The position numbers and the translations under genes are program-made. A stretch of DNA of 59,576 bases, from NCBI GenBank assembly GCA_947505255.1, contig CANNKP010000001.1, forward strand, positions 1-59,576. Direction: 5' to 3'. This document shows positions 7,679 through 17,800 of the stretch, one piece after another (the first letter of the stretch is position 1; each line of letters begins with the position of its first letter). This DNA comes from Flavobacteriales bacterium (GTDB lineage: Bacteria > Bacteroidota > Bacteroidia > Flavobacteriales_D > Crocinitomicaceae). The notes below the pieces were generated by a model, which was given only the letters and a program-made list of their open reading frames with translations, searched no databases and was not told the origin of the DNA.

Positions 7679-10069
7679 TTATTTTTTACGCTTTAGTTTT
7701 TGTTTCAACCAATTTTTTAATTGTTCACGTTTAGATGGTTTATCTCCTTCATAATAACCGTATCCGTATCCATATCCGTATCCATATCCATATCCAGATT
7801 TCTTTGTTGGTGAAATTCCATTCAAAATAACATTCAATTTTTCCAATTGTTTCATTTCAAAAAGTTCTTTCACTCGAAAAGCAAAATTACGTTTGGAGTA
7901 ATGTGATTTAAAAACATAAATTGGAATATCCGCTTCAGTTAAGTTTTTAATTCCATCCGAGACTAAACCAATAGGTGGGTTATCAATAATAATCACATCA
8001 TATGTCTTTTTTAATTCTTCTACAATTTCTTTGAATCTATTACTCAATAATAGTTCGGATGGATTCGGAGGAATTGGCCCAGCAGTAATAAAATCTAGAT
8101 TTTCTGCAGAAGAATGCTGAATACACTGTTCCATAGTGAATTCATTAATTATCAAACCACTCATACCAAAAATATTATTTGCATTTAACCCGACATGAAT
8201 TTTTGGTTTGCGTAAATCAAGATCAAGTAAAATTGTTTTTTTACCTGACATTGCAATAATCGCTGCTAAATTCAAGGCGACAAATGTTTTTCCTTCACCA
8301 GAAATTGAAGATGAAATGGCAATAGTCTTATAATTTGGATGAATATAACTAAGATTGGTTCGAATCTTTCTCATTGATTCTGCCAACATCGATTTAGGAG
8401 CATCAGTTACAACAAGTTGAGAATACTCCATGATTGTTCTAGCGAGTGGAACACCTCCTAAAATAGTTGCCTCGCTTGGAAGTAATTTCTTAAGATCATC
8501 AATTAAATTAATCTCGTTGAACGTCAGGTATTTAAAAAGCATTACAGCCAATCCTAATACAATACCAAACATAATAAATGTTGTGTAAATCAACTTTTTG
8601 TTCGGCGAAACGGGAGTAGAATTTACACTTGGTCTTGATAATATTCGATTATTAGATGAATAACCAGCATCAGAAATCGAATACAAGAATTTTTTTTCTG
8701 TTAACAAGGTAAAATATTTTTCGTTTAAATCCTGAATATTCTTTAAACGGCTAAATTCCATTTTCTTTTCAGGTAATTCAAAATATTCACCTTCAAACCC
8801 CTGTATTTTAGCATTTATTTCCTTACTATTAGTATATAATCTATCTAAGATTACAGTAATACTTTTTCGGATAGAATTTAATTTAACTTGAATTTTTGCA
8901 TTCAGTCCCTTTACCTCACTGTTCTCTTCAGTAACTCTATATAAAAGATCTTCCTTTCGCTCTAATAAATCATGTAACCCCGTTATTTGAGCAGATAAAG
9001 ATTGCTCATAGCTTTTACCTAACATTTCAGGCAATAAACGATAAACATCTAACCTATTCGGATCAGCATTAAGCTTTCTGTTGACTGAATTTAAGGACCT
9101 TATTTCCTCTTCAATTTCAAACAATTGATCTTGCGATTTTGAAATGTTTTCAGATATTGTGGAACCAATTTCCTCTGGGTCTGGAATATTCGATTTTCGC
9201 TGGTAAAACATTAAACTATCTTTAGAATTTTTCAATTCATTTGACAAAGAATCTAATTGTTCTTCAATAAAATGTAGAATATTCTCTGAGCCCTTTCTTT
9301 TTACATCTTCATCAAAAGTTATAAATGCTTCTGAGACAGCCAGTGAAACATCGTAACACAATTGCGGATTATTACCTCTAAAAGTTATTTGAATAGTTTT
9401 AGCTATTGGGTCTATTGGAGAAACTAATAATGAAGGTAAATATCTTGCTGCAAACGATTCTATACTATTAAACACAAAATATAATTCATTTTGCTCAGAA
9501 TCTTTTTGAAATTCATTTTGATTAGTTGTTTTTACAACCAAATCAAAATGTTGATTTCTAATGTGATCATTTAACTTTCCAGATATTTTATTACTCTTGC
9601 CTTGAAATTGATAAATCAAACTGACATTAACCCCATCAAAATGAACAAAAATAGGGACATTAATTAATGATGAGTCACTTAATGAGTAAGGCTGAATGTT
9701 AAAACTGCTTGAGTTATATCGTTCTTCCGTTAAAACATTGCCTTTAGAAAATAAACTTACATTGTAATTAATCCGTTTAATAGCTTTTTCAAACAAAAAT
9801 TGTGACCGCATCAATTCTATTTCAGATGAAATATCATTTTCTTTGGTATTAATATTTTCAACGTTGATTAATTCTTTTGCATTATCATTGTTGTCCAACT
9901 GAATAATCATTGATGATTCATAAATTGGAATTGTGTACCGCAAAGAAAAGTATGCTGCAGTAGAAAAAACAAAAACGAATAAAATTGGCCACCACCAATA
10001 TCTTTTGACAATCGTCTTTAGAATATCTGAATCATATTCTTTATTTATTATAACGCTTCCTTTATTCAA
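7679..10069 (-). CDS. wzc: Polysaccharide co-polymerase / BY-family tyrosine autokinase (Wzc-like)
   Basis: 796 aa. N-terminal Wzz-like domain with 2 TM segments and coiled coil. C-terminal P-loop SISGEGKT, LLDLDLRKP and VIIIDNPP. The tail is a GY-repeat tyrosine cluster. Confidence 0.88.
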   Translation of the reverse strand: MNKGSVIINKEYDSDILKTIVKRYWWWPILFVFVFSTAAYFSLRYTIPIYESSMIIQLDNNDNAKELINVENINTKENDISSEIELMRSQFLFEKAIKRINYNVSLFSKGNVLTEERYNSSSFNIQPYSLSDSSLINVPIFVHFDGVNVSLIYQFQGKSNKISGKLNDHIRNQHFDLVVKTTNQNEFQKDSEQNELYFVFNSIESFAARYLPSLLVSPIDPIAKTIQITFRGNNPQLCYDVSLAVSEAFITFDEDVKRKGSENILHFIEEQLDSLSNELKNSKDSLMFYQRKSNIPDPEEIGSTISENISKSQDQLFEIEEEIRSLNSVNRKLNADPNRLDVYRLLPEMLGKSYEQSLSAQITGLHDLLERKEDLLYRVTEENSEVKGLNAKIQVKLNSIRKSITVILDRLYTNSKEINAKIQGFEGEYFELPEKKMEFSRLKNIQDLNEKYFTLLTEKKFLYSISDAGYSSNNRILSRPSVNSTPVSPNKKLIYTTFIMFGIVLGLAVMLFKYLTFNEINLIDDLKKLLPSEATILGGVPLARTIMEYSQLVVTDAPKSMLAESMRKIRTNLSYIHPNYKTIAISSSISGEGKTFVALNLAAIIAMSGKKTILLDLDLRKPKIHVGLNANNIFGMSGLIINEFTMEQCIQHSSAENLDFITAGPIPPNPSELLLSNRFKEIVEELKKTYDVIIIDNPPIGLVSDGIKNLTEADIPIYVFKSHYSKRNFAFRVKELFEMKQLEKLNVILNGISPTKKSGYGYGYGYGYGYGYYEGDKPSKREQLKNWLKQKLKRKK
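7751..7798 (-). repeat. Hexanucleotide microsatellite (TCCRTA on + strand) encoding the (GY)n tyrosine cluster of Wzc
   Basis: Plus strand reads accgta tccgta tccata tccgta tccata tccata tccaga. By my reading the minus-strand translation is S-(GY)7-Y-E-G. Confidence 0.85.
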
Positions 10070-10071
10070 AA

Positions 10072-10842
10072 TTAAAGATTTGTAAAGACAGTAAAAATAA
10101 CTAGAGCACTAGACAAAATGGAAATTATTGGAGCAATCTCTTTCAGTGCTTCTTTTGCCAATTCAGCATTTGGTTCGATGTAGATATAATCATTCGCTTG
10201 AACTACCATATCAACATACTTCAACCCTTCAACATTAGAAAGATCTATCGTATAAATCTTTCTTAATCCTTTTTCCTTTCGCATTAATTTAATGGTATTT
10301 GCCTTTCCTCTTTCCGTTATTCCGCCAGCAGCAGCAATTGCTTCCATTAATGTAGTATTAGAATTGATCAGCGGTATTACCTTTGCGTCGCTGCCATTTC
10401 CAGGAAAAACAATAACCCGTTGATTCGTTATTTTTACTTGAACAAATGGCTCTTGATATTCTTTCGAGAAAAGTTTTTGAAGTGTATCCTCACATTCAGA
10501 AATCGTTAAACCAGCAACTAAAACTTCACCTAAAATTGGCAGTTCAACCAACCCAGTCTTACGCACTATATATTCAGAGATATTACTAGAACTAATTCCT
10601 TCATTTTTAATACCACTCAATGATTCAATAATTTTTGTTCCATTATTGGTAGATAATGAGAATGTTAACTTGTCGTCAACAGAAATTTGATAATCTGCCA
10701 TGGGTGTCATTGGAATTGTATCCGAATGCGCATGCTCACCTTTTGGGGATTTGAACATGATATTGCTATTAATTCCACATTGTTGAAACAACATTCCAAC
10801 TATGATAAAGGTCATTAAACGTAAAATTTTGTTATATCTCAT
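10072..10842 (-). CDS. wza: Polysaccharide export outer-membrane lipoprotein (Wza-like)
   Basis: Lipoprotein signal ending FQQCG, then Poly_export and SLBB-like regions (LVELPILGEVLVAGLT; GGITERG). Sits immediately upstream of wzc. Confidence 0.8.
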   Translation of the reverse strand: MRYNKILRLMTFIIVGMLFQQCGINSNIMFKSPKGEHAHSDTIPMTPMADYQISVDDKLTFSLSTNNGTKIIESLSGIKNEGISSSNISEYIVRKTGLVELPILGEVLVAGLTISECEDTLQKLFSKEYQEPFVQVKITNQRVIVFPGNGSDAKVIPLINSNTTLMEAIAAAGGITERGKANTIKLMRKEKGLRKIYTIDLSNVEGLKYVDMVVQANDYIYIEPNAELAKEALKEIAPIISILSSALVIFTVFTNL

Positions 10843-12026
10843 TTATTCTTAGCATTTAACAATTCGCTATAATATGTTTCCATGTTTTTCACAAGCGTTG
10901 TGTAATGGAATTTATGTTCTACGAAAGACCATCCATTTTGTGACATTTTTTTACGTTTATTTTCATCTTCAATTAAAAGAAGCAGTTTTTCCGTATATTT
11001 TTGAATAGATTCTTTGGGTACGATGAAGCCTGTTTCGCCATCTAGAATTATGTCTTTTACACCACCAACATCCGTTGTTATTACTGGAATACATGCCGCT
11101 TGAGCTTCAATTAAACTCACTGGAGTTCCTTCATTATTTGAGGTCAAACACATGATATCCATTCCAGCATTAAAAATTTCAATTTCTTTTATCCATGATG
11201 TCATTTCTATACGAACATTAGATCCTAAAGTCATTTGTTCAATTTTCTGTTCAATAGCTCCCCTTTCTGAACCGTCACCAACAATAAAAACTGCAATTCG
11301 CTTTTTACTTCTATTTGAAATTTCTTGAATAACGTCAAGAAAAAAATGATGATTTTTAATCGGGGCCAACCTTCCAACGATTGCAACAGCAATTTCATCT
11401 TGATCAATTGAAAAATTATTTCTCGTAAGTTCTCTATTAGTTTCTAAATTATTATTGAATTTTTTCAAGTCAAAACCCAAGTTTATTACCTTGATTTTAT
11501 CATCTTTACAAATATTATGCTCTAGTGAAAGCTCTTTTTTCTGTAATTCAGAAATTGCAACAATACCAGTTGACTTTTTAGCTAAACGACGTTCAATTAA
11601 TTTGAATAATTTTGTTTTTATTTTACCAAAATAAGAATGAAAAACATGGCCATGAAAAGTATGAACAATAATTGGCACCTTACAACTTAAAGCTGCCTTT
11701 CTTCCTAGTGCTCCAGCCTTCGATGCATGTGTATGAACAATATCAGGTTTATATTCCTTTATAATTTCCTTTAATCTCAAATAAGCTTTTCGGTCGTTCT
11801 GGAAACTTGGCAAACGTTTCATTTCCTCAATCAACAAGGGTTCAACACCGTATTCTTTTAAAACATGTAATGAATCTGTTTCGCCTTCATCAGGCAAACC
11901 TCCAACCAAAAGAGTTTCATAATCATCCGAAATAAATCGTGTTAAAAAAGTGGCGTTATACGTTGGTCCACCAATATTAAATCGATTAATGATTCGTAAT
12001 ATTTTAATTTTTTTCTTCGGCTCCAT
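10839..12026 (-). CDS. GT-B fold glycosyltransferase (GT4 family)
   Basis: 395 aa. N-terminal GGPTYN and C-terminal EGTPVSLIEAQAACIPVITTDVGG (E-x7-E). 4-nt overlap with the wza start. Confidence 0.8.
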   Translation of the reverse strand: MEPKKKIKILRIINRFNIGGPTYNATFLTRFISDDYETLLVGGLPDEGETDSLHVLKEYGVEPLLIEEMKRLPSFQNDRKAYLRLKEIIKEYKPDIVHTHASKAGALGRKAALSCKVPIIVHTFHGHVFHSYFGKIKTKLFKLIERRLAKKSTGIVAISELQKKELSLEHNICKDDKIKVINLGFDLKKFNNNLETNRELTRNNFSIDQDEIAVAIVGRLAPIKNHHFFLDVIQEISNRSKKRIAVFIVGDGSERGAIEQKIEQMTLGSNVRIEMTSWIKEIEIFNAGMDIMCLTSNNEGTPVSLIEAQAACIPVITTDVGGVKDIILDGETGFIVPKESIQKYTEKLLLLIEDENKRKKMSQNGWSFVEHKFHYTTLVKNMETYYSELLNAKNK

Positions 12027-12175
12027 TTTATTTTCTCAGAAATGGCTTTGTTTTTGAATTCAACTAACTAAAAATTCATTAAAAAATTGTTTCATTCATT
12101 GAAATGTTGAAAATTTTTATCAATCCGTGAAAAACAAACAACCATAATGATGAATTTTACTTAAAATTCTAGGGG

Positions 12176-13642
12176 ATGAAGATACTAAGATTACTTTTAT
12201 TATTCTACTGTTTAGTTAGTTTAAACACAATCAACGCTCAAAACGCTGTTCAAAACGCTATTAATTTATTTGCAACTTCGCCAGAATTTATAAACGCGGG
12301 CATTTCATTTCAAGCAATTGACCTTACTACTGGCAATCAAATAGCTGCTCATAATCCAAATTTAGCATTGGCATCCGCATCAACAACAAAACTTTTTTCA
12401 ACTGCCTCTGCAATCGAATTATTAGGCGCTGATTATCGTCCAGAAACACGTTTATACATAGATGGTGTAATTGAAAAAGATGGCACATTAAAAGGAAATA
12501 TTTGGATTAGAGGTGGTGGTGATATGACGCTAGGAAGTAAGTATTTCCATTCTGAAGGCAATCAAAAAGATTTTCTTCTTAAATGGGCTGATACCATTAA
12601 AAAATTAGGCATTAAAACAATTACGGGAAGTGTTTATGGTGATGGATCTGAATTTGGTTATTTTGGTGTTCCAGACGGTTGGAATTGGTCAGATATGGGC
12701 AATTATTATGGCGCTGGACCTTCTGGAATATGTGTCTTTGACAATATGCTAAAATTAGTTTTTAAGACTGGAAGTTCTGTTGGTGCAAAAACAGAACTTT
12801 TACATACCTTTCCCACTGTTCAAAATTTGGTGTTTCACAATTACACTACTTCTGATAATGTTTCAGGTGATCATTCTTTCATTTTTGGAGGGCCATATTC
12901 TCTAGACAGATTTTCAAATGGGTCTTTGCCTCTGAATCAAACTTCTTTTGAAGTGAAAGGTAGTTTACCAGATCCTGAATTTCAATTGGCTTATGAATTA
13001 ACCCAACAATTGAATTCTTTCGGCATTGTTGTAAATGAAGGTGCAAAATCTGTAAGACAGCAAAATCAAGCAATCAAAAATCGTTATCAAGCATCTTACA
13101 AATTAATTTATACCAACAAAGGTCAAAAAATTTCAGATATTGCCACCTTAACAAATATGAAAAGTATTAATTTATTCGCTGAAGAATTGGTATGTCTTGT
13201 TGGATATAAAATGACAGGAAACGGAAGTACAGAAGAAGGATTAAAACAAATAGAAAAATATTGGGCTGAGAAATTCAGCTTCAACGGACTTAATTTAACT
13301 GATGGCAGTGGACTTTCAAGAACAAATGCTATTTCTGCCGCTCATTATTGCAATCTCTTGAAGGCAATGTCACTTTCAAAAAATCATTCTATTTATTTTT
13401 CAACACTTCCGATTGCTGGAAAATCAGGAACGATTAGTGGATTATGCAAAGACCAACCTGGAGCAGGTCGAATTGTAGCTAAAAGCGGAACAATGTCACG
13501 TATAAAATCTTATGCTGGTTACATAAATTCTAAGTCAGGGAAGAAAATAGCTTTTGCAATTACAGTTAGTAATTTCAATAACTCTAGTAATGACGTGGTA
13601 GATAAAATGGAAAAAGTGTTAAATGCGTTAGCTGTCTTTTAA
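12176..13642 (+). CDS. dacB: D-alanyl-D-alanine carboxypeptidase/endopeptidase (PBP4, peptidase S13)
   Basis: Signal peptide, SASTTKLF (SxxK), DGSGLSRTN (SxN region) and KSGT motif. Confidence 0.85.
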   Translation: MKILRLLLLFYCLVSLNTINAQNAVQNAINLFATSPEFINAGISFQAIDLTTGNQIAAHNPNLALASASTTKLFSTASAIELLGADYRPETRLYIDGVIEKDGTLKGNIWIRGGGDMTLGSKYFHSEGNQKDFLLKWADTIKKLGIKTITGSVYGDGSEFGYFGVPDGWNWSDMGNYYGAGPSGICVFDNMLKLVFKTGSSVGAKTELLHTFPTVQNLVFHNYTTSDNVSGDHSFIFGGPYSLDRFSNGSLPLNQTSFEVKGSLPDPEFQLAYELTQQLNSFGIVVNEGAKSVRQQNQAIKNRYQASYKLIYTNKGQKISDIATLTNMKSINLFAEELVCLVGYKMTGNGSTEEGLKQIEKYWAEKFSFNGLNLTDGSGLSRTNAISAAHYCNLLKAMSLSKNHSIYFSTLPIAGKSGTISGLCKDQPGAGRIVAKSGTMSRIKSYAGYINSKSGKKIAFAITVSNFNNSSNDVVDKMEKVLNALAVF

Positions 13643-14596
13643 CTCAACGTCTATTATTTCTTTCCAAAAATCGTGAATATTACCACCATCACATTTTATC
13701 ATTTGAGGCACTATACTTGCTGATGAAAATCCAGGAGTTGTATTAACTTCAATTACATTTGGCACTCCATTAACGATCATAAAATCTATTCGTGCAATAG
13801 ATTTCAATTGCAACAGTTCATAAATATATTTTGCTTGTTTTTGGACTTCGATTTTGATAGCATCATCAACTCGTGCCGGTGTAATTTCTTGAGATTTACC
13901 TAAATATTTGGCTTCATAGTCAAAAAATTCATTTTCAGAAGCTATTTCCGTTAGTGGAAGCGCGTAAACACCATTTTTTCTTCGGTAAACGCCGCAAGTA
14001 ACTTCAATTCCATCTAAAAATGACTCAACAACAACCGTTCGTCCTTCCTTAAATGCTTTTTCTAAAGCTGGCAACATTTCGTCTTGTGTTTTTACCTTAG
14101 AAATACCATAACTAGAGCCAGAATCTGAAGGTTTTACAAAAACAGGTAATGCTAATTCTTTTATAATATTTTCTGGAGTAAAGTGATTAATATCGGATAA
14201 GAACAATGACTTGGCAACATTAATTCCAAATCCTTTCAAAAATTGATTACAATACCATTTATCAAAAGACAAAGCAGATGCTAATGGCCCTGAATTCAAA
14301 TATGGAATGTTTTTCATTTCAAGAAGTGCTTGGATTTTGCCATTTTCTCCAGGATCTCCATGAATATAAACGATTCCGATATCAATTTTTGTTAACTTCC
14401 CATTATTGAAAGTCATTGTATTTAAATCAAATGTAAATGTGTCATCGCCAATTAACGCTTTCCAATTATCCTTATCAACAACAATTTTAACTGTTGAAAA
14501 TTCTTTCGGAAAATTGTCTTGAATTGTTTGAGCACTTTTTAAAGAAATCTCCCATTCTGATGAAAATCCACCACAAAAAATACCTACCGTTTTCAT
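13628..14596 (-). CDS. ddl: D-alanine--D-alanine ligase
   Basis: ATP-grasp with GGFSSEWEISL, HGDPGENGKIQ, VFVKPSDSGSSYGISKV and EVNTTPGFS. The ATG at 14596-14594 (MKTVGIF...) is preferred over the track TTG at 14647. Confidence 0.92.
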   Translation of the reverse strand: MKTVGIFCGGFSSEWEISLKSAQTIQDNFPKEFSTVKIVVDKDNWKALIGDDTFTFDLNTMTFNNGKLTKIDIGIVYIHGDPGENGKIQALLEMKNIPYLNSGPLASALSFDKWYCNQFLKGFGINVAKSLFLSDINHFTPENIIKELALPVFVKPSDSGSSYGISKVKTQDEMLPALEKAFKEGRTVVVESFLDGIEVTCGVYRRKNGVYALPLTEIASENEFFDYEAKYLGKSQEITPARVDDAIKIEVQKQAKYIYELLQLKSIARIDFMIVNGVPNVIEVNTTPGFSSASIVPQMIKCDGGNIHDFWKEIIDVELKDS

Positions 14597-14671
14597 GCTT
14601 CTTGTTTTGACGAAATTACTAGTAAAAGGATTATTTATACTATACAAGTCAAAAAGTTATTAGCACTCGTA

Positions 14672-14687
14672 TTGTTGAATTCAACAA
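14672..14687. promoter_or_regulatory. Perfect 16-bp palindrome TTGTTGAATTCAACAA in the ddl / adhesin divergent intergenic region
   Basis: Read directly from the sequence. Lies 76 bp upstream of the preferred ddl start and 190 bp upstream of the adhesin ATG. Confidence 0.35.
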
Positions 14688-14831
14688 AATTCTTTTTAAC
14701 GAAAACAAAACAGTATAATTACAAAAAAATATATTCATTAATTCAAGAGATTTTTACACAGATAAATTTAGTTAACGTCTCAATTGTTGAAAAGCTTCAA
14801 AATAAACAATCAATTAAACAGTTCTGTTTTA

Positions 14832-14839
14832 TATCTTTG
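14832..14839 (+). promoter_or_regulatory. Candidate Bacteroidota -7 promoter box (TAnnTTTG)
   Basis: TATCTTTG lies 38 nt upstream of the ATG at 14877. This motif can occur by chance in AT-rich DNA. Confidence 0.3.
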
Positions 14840-14876
14840 CGACCATAAAATAAATTAAACCACATAATTCTAGACT

Positions 14877-17800
14877 ATGTTGCGCTATTTAATTATAACT
14901 ACAATCGTCCTCTCTTCAATCAATGTTTTTGGACAAGCTACCCTCTATTTTTCCGATTTTGAGACTCCTTTTATAGATTGGTTAGTAGCTGGCGATTTAT
15001 CTCCTAATCAGTGGAAAAGAAGTTCTTGTCCAGGTAATGGCTCTAGTGCTGCTGGGGTTGCGGCTTTTCACATATCAGAAGGTGGAACAGGATTGGGCTG
15101 TGGTGTTGGAAATCAAGATCAATTTACCTATACAAATTCTGTAGCTGGAATTCAACAAGCAATTGCATATACTACTATTGTTGGGAATTGTGCTTCAAAC
15201 TTACAAGCAACCTTCGATTATCGAATTGAAGGTGTTGCAGTCCAGGATTATGCTGAATTAATCTATAGTGCAAATGGTGGTTCTACTTGGATTCCAATTG
15301 GTGCAAATTTCACAATATCATCAGCTTGGACAACTGCAACAATATCTTTGCCACCAGCTTTAAATTCATCAACTTTTTTATTAGGTGTTAGGTTCACCTA
15401 TAACAATACTGTAATCAATGGTTTTCCAATAGCAATTGATAACTTCAAAGTAACTGGCACAGATACTGCAGGTCCATCTATTACATGTCCAACAAGTTTG
15501 AATCAGGCCGTTAATTCATCGTGTATTGCTTATGCGGATGATTATACCTCAGGCATGATTTTACTCTCTGATAATTGCACCGATTCTGTCGATATTTTTG
15601 TAACTCAAACACCTTTGGAATTTAGTGTGATTCCTTTATCACCTGGTAATTCAACTAACGTTACGTTAATAGCAACGGATGAAACTGGAAATACATCACA
15701 ATGTTCATTTACATTAAATATTGTTGATATAATTCCACCTGTATTTACAACATGTCCAGCCGCTTCAAGTATTTATGTCGATAGCAATTGTGATGCTTTA
15801 ATTGCAAATTACATGACAAGTGCGGTAGCAATTGATAATTGTTCTGGATCTTTAACGTTCACTCAAAACCCACCTGTTGGACAAATTATCTCTGGTCAAG
15901 CAGTTGTTACACCAGTGACCATTAGCGTAACGGATGCTTTTGGAAATTTGGCTACTTGTTTATTTAATATAACTACAGTTGATACAATTTTGCCAACAAT
16001 TCTTTGTCCAGCAAATCAATTGATTTATGCCAATAATAGTTGCCAAGCAAACTTATTTGATTATACAGGATTATCTGTTGCGCATGACAATTGTGTTTCA
16101 AATGCATTACTAACAATAAACCAGTCTCCAGTTTCAGGGACGCTGATTTCTGCAAATCAATTAATAACTCTCACTGCAACAGATGGAACGCCGAGTAATA
16201 CACGATCTTGCGTTTTTACCGTTAACCTAATTGACACAATTAAACCAAATATTATTTGTCCAGTACCCTCAATAAGGTATTTAAATGCTTCATGTCAAGC
16301 CTCTATTCCAGATTTTACTTCAACGTTAAACTGGTCAGACAATTGCACATCAGCTGCTGCCTTGATGACTTTTACCCAAACTCCAATTGGTGGCACAGTA
16401 ACTTCAACAAATCAAACAGTGGTTTTAACTGCTATTGATCAAGCAGGAAATTCTAAGTCATGCAGTTTTATTCAAACAGTAATTGACACAATTCGTCCTC
16501 AACTTGTATGTCCACCAAACCAAACAATTAATATGAATGCTAGTTGTTTTGCGGTTTTACCTGATTTTATACCAAGTACATCTCATCTTGAAAACTGTTT
16601 CTTTACAACAAATGTCGTTTATACTCAATCTCCAATTGCAACTACAACAATTAATGGCCCTTTACCTATAACAATGGCAGGTACAGATGAATCTGGAAAT
16701 GTTGGAACGTGTTCTTTTACCTTAACTCCAATTGACGTGACGAATCCAACCATAACGTGCCCTGGAAATTCAACAATTAGCACAAATGTTGGCTGCACTT
16801 ATGTCTTGCCGAATGTTGCTGCATTAGCGACAGTATCTGATAATTGTACATCAATAGCAGCATTAGTTTATAACCAAACACCTGCAATTGGAACAGCTTT
16901 GTCAGTTGGTTCAAACACCATAACAATATCAGTATTGGATTTGGCTGGAAATTCAGCAAGTTGTACTTACCAATTATCCGTTGCCGACCAAGTAATTCCA
17001 GCTGTTATATGTCCGCAAGCTCAATCTGTAAGTGTAGATATAAATTGTTCTGGAACCATCTCAAATTATACTTCCCTTGTTTCAGTAAGCGATAATTGTT
17101 CTTCACTTGCTCAATTAACGATTAATCAATCACCAGTTTCAGGGTCAACAATTAATGGGAATACTCCAATAACAATGACTATTACAGATGCTGCATCAAA
17201 TAGTTCAACTTGCACATTCTTTGCCGTAGTTATAGACAACACTGACCCAATTCTTACTTGTCCTCCAACAGCCGATATTGCTATAAACTCAAGTTGTCAA
17301 TATAATATTCCCGACTTAAGTGGATTAATTACTGGAACTGACAATTGTAGTAGCTTGGCTAATATGACCATTACACAAAATCCATTGATTGGATCTTTGT
17401 CGACAGGATTAACAGCTGTATTAATCACTTTAGCAGATCAGAATGGAAATAGTTCAACGTGCATAACGATGATAACCCCTTTTGATACTGAGGCACCTTT
17501 AATAACATGTCCTTCACCTGCACCAATTAACAATGGCATAAATTGCGATTATACATTAACTAACTTTGCATCTATAACAAACGTTCTTGACAATTGCCCT
17601 GGCTATTCAATAACTCAAATTCCATCTGCTGGGACGATTATTCAACCAGGAACACAACCAATTCAATTAGAAGTAATGGATGCTGGTGGAAATCTAGCAC
17701 AATGTTCTTTCAATATTACGGTAATAGAATCAGTATCTCCAACGATTAGTTGTCCACCAAACATAAGCACATGTGATCCTTTGATTAACTATGTTGATCC

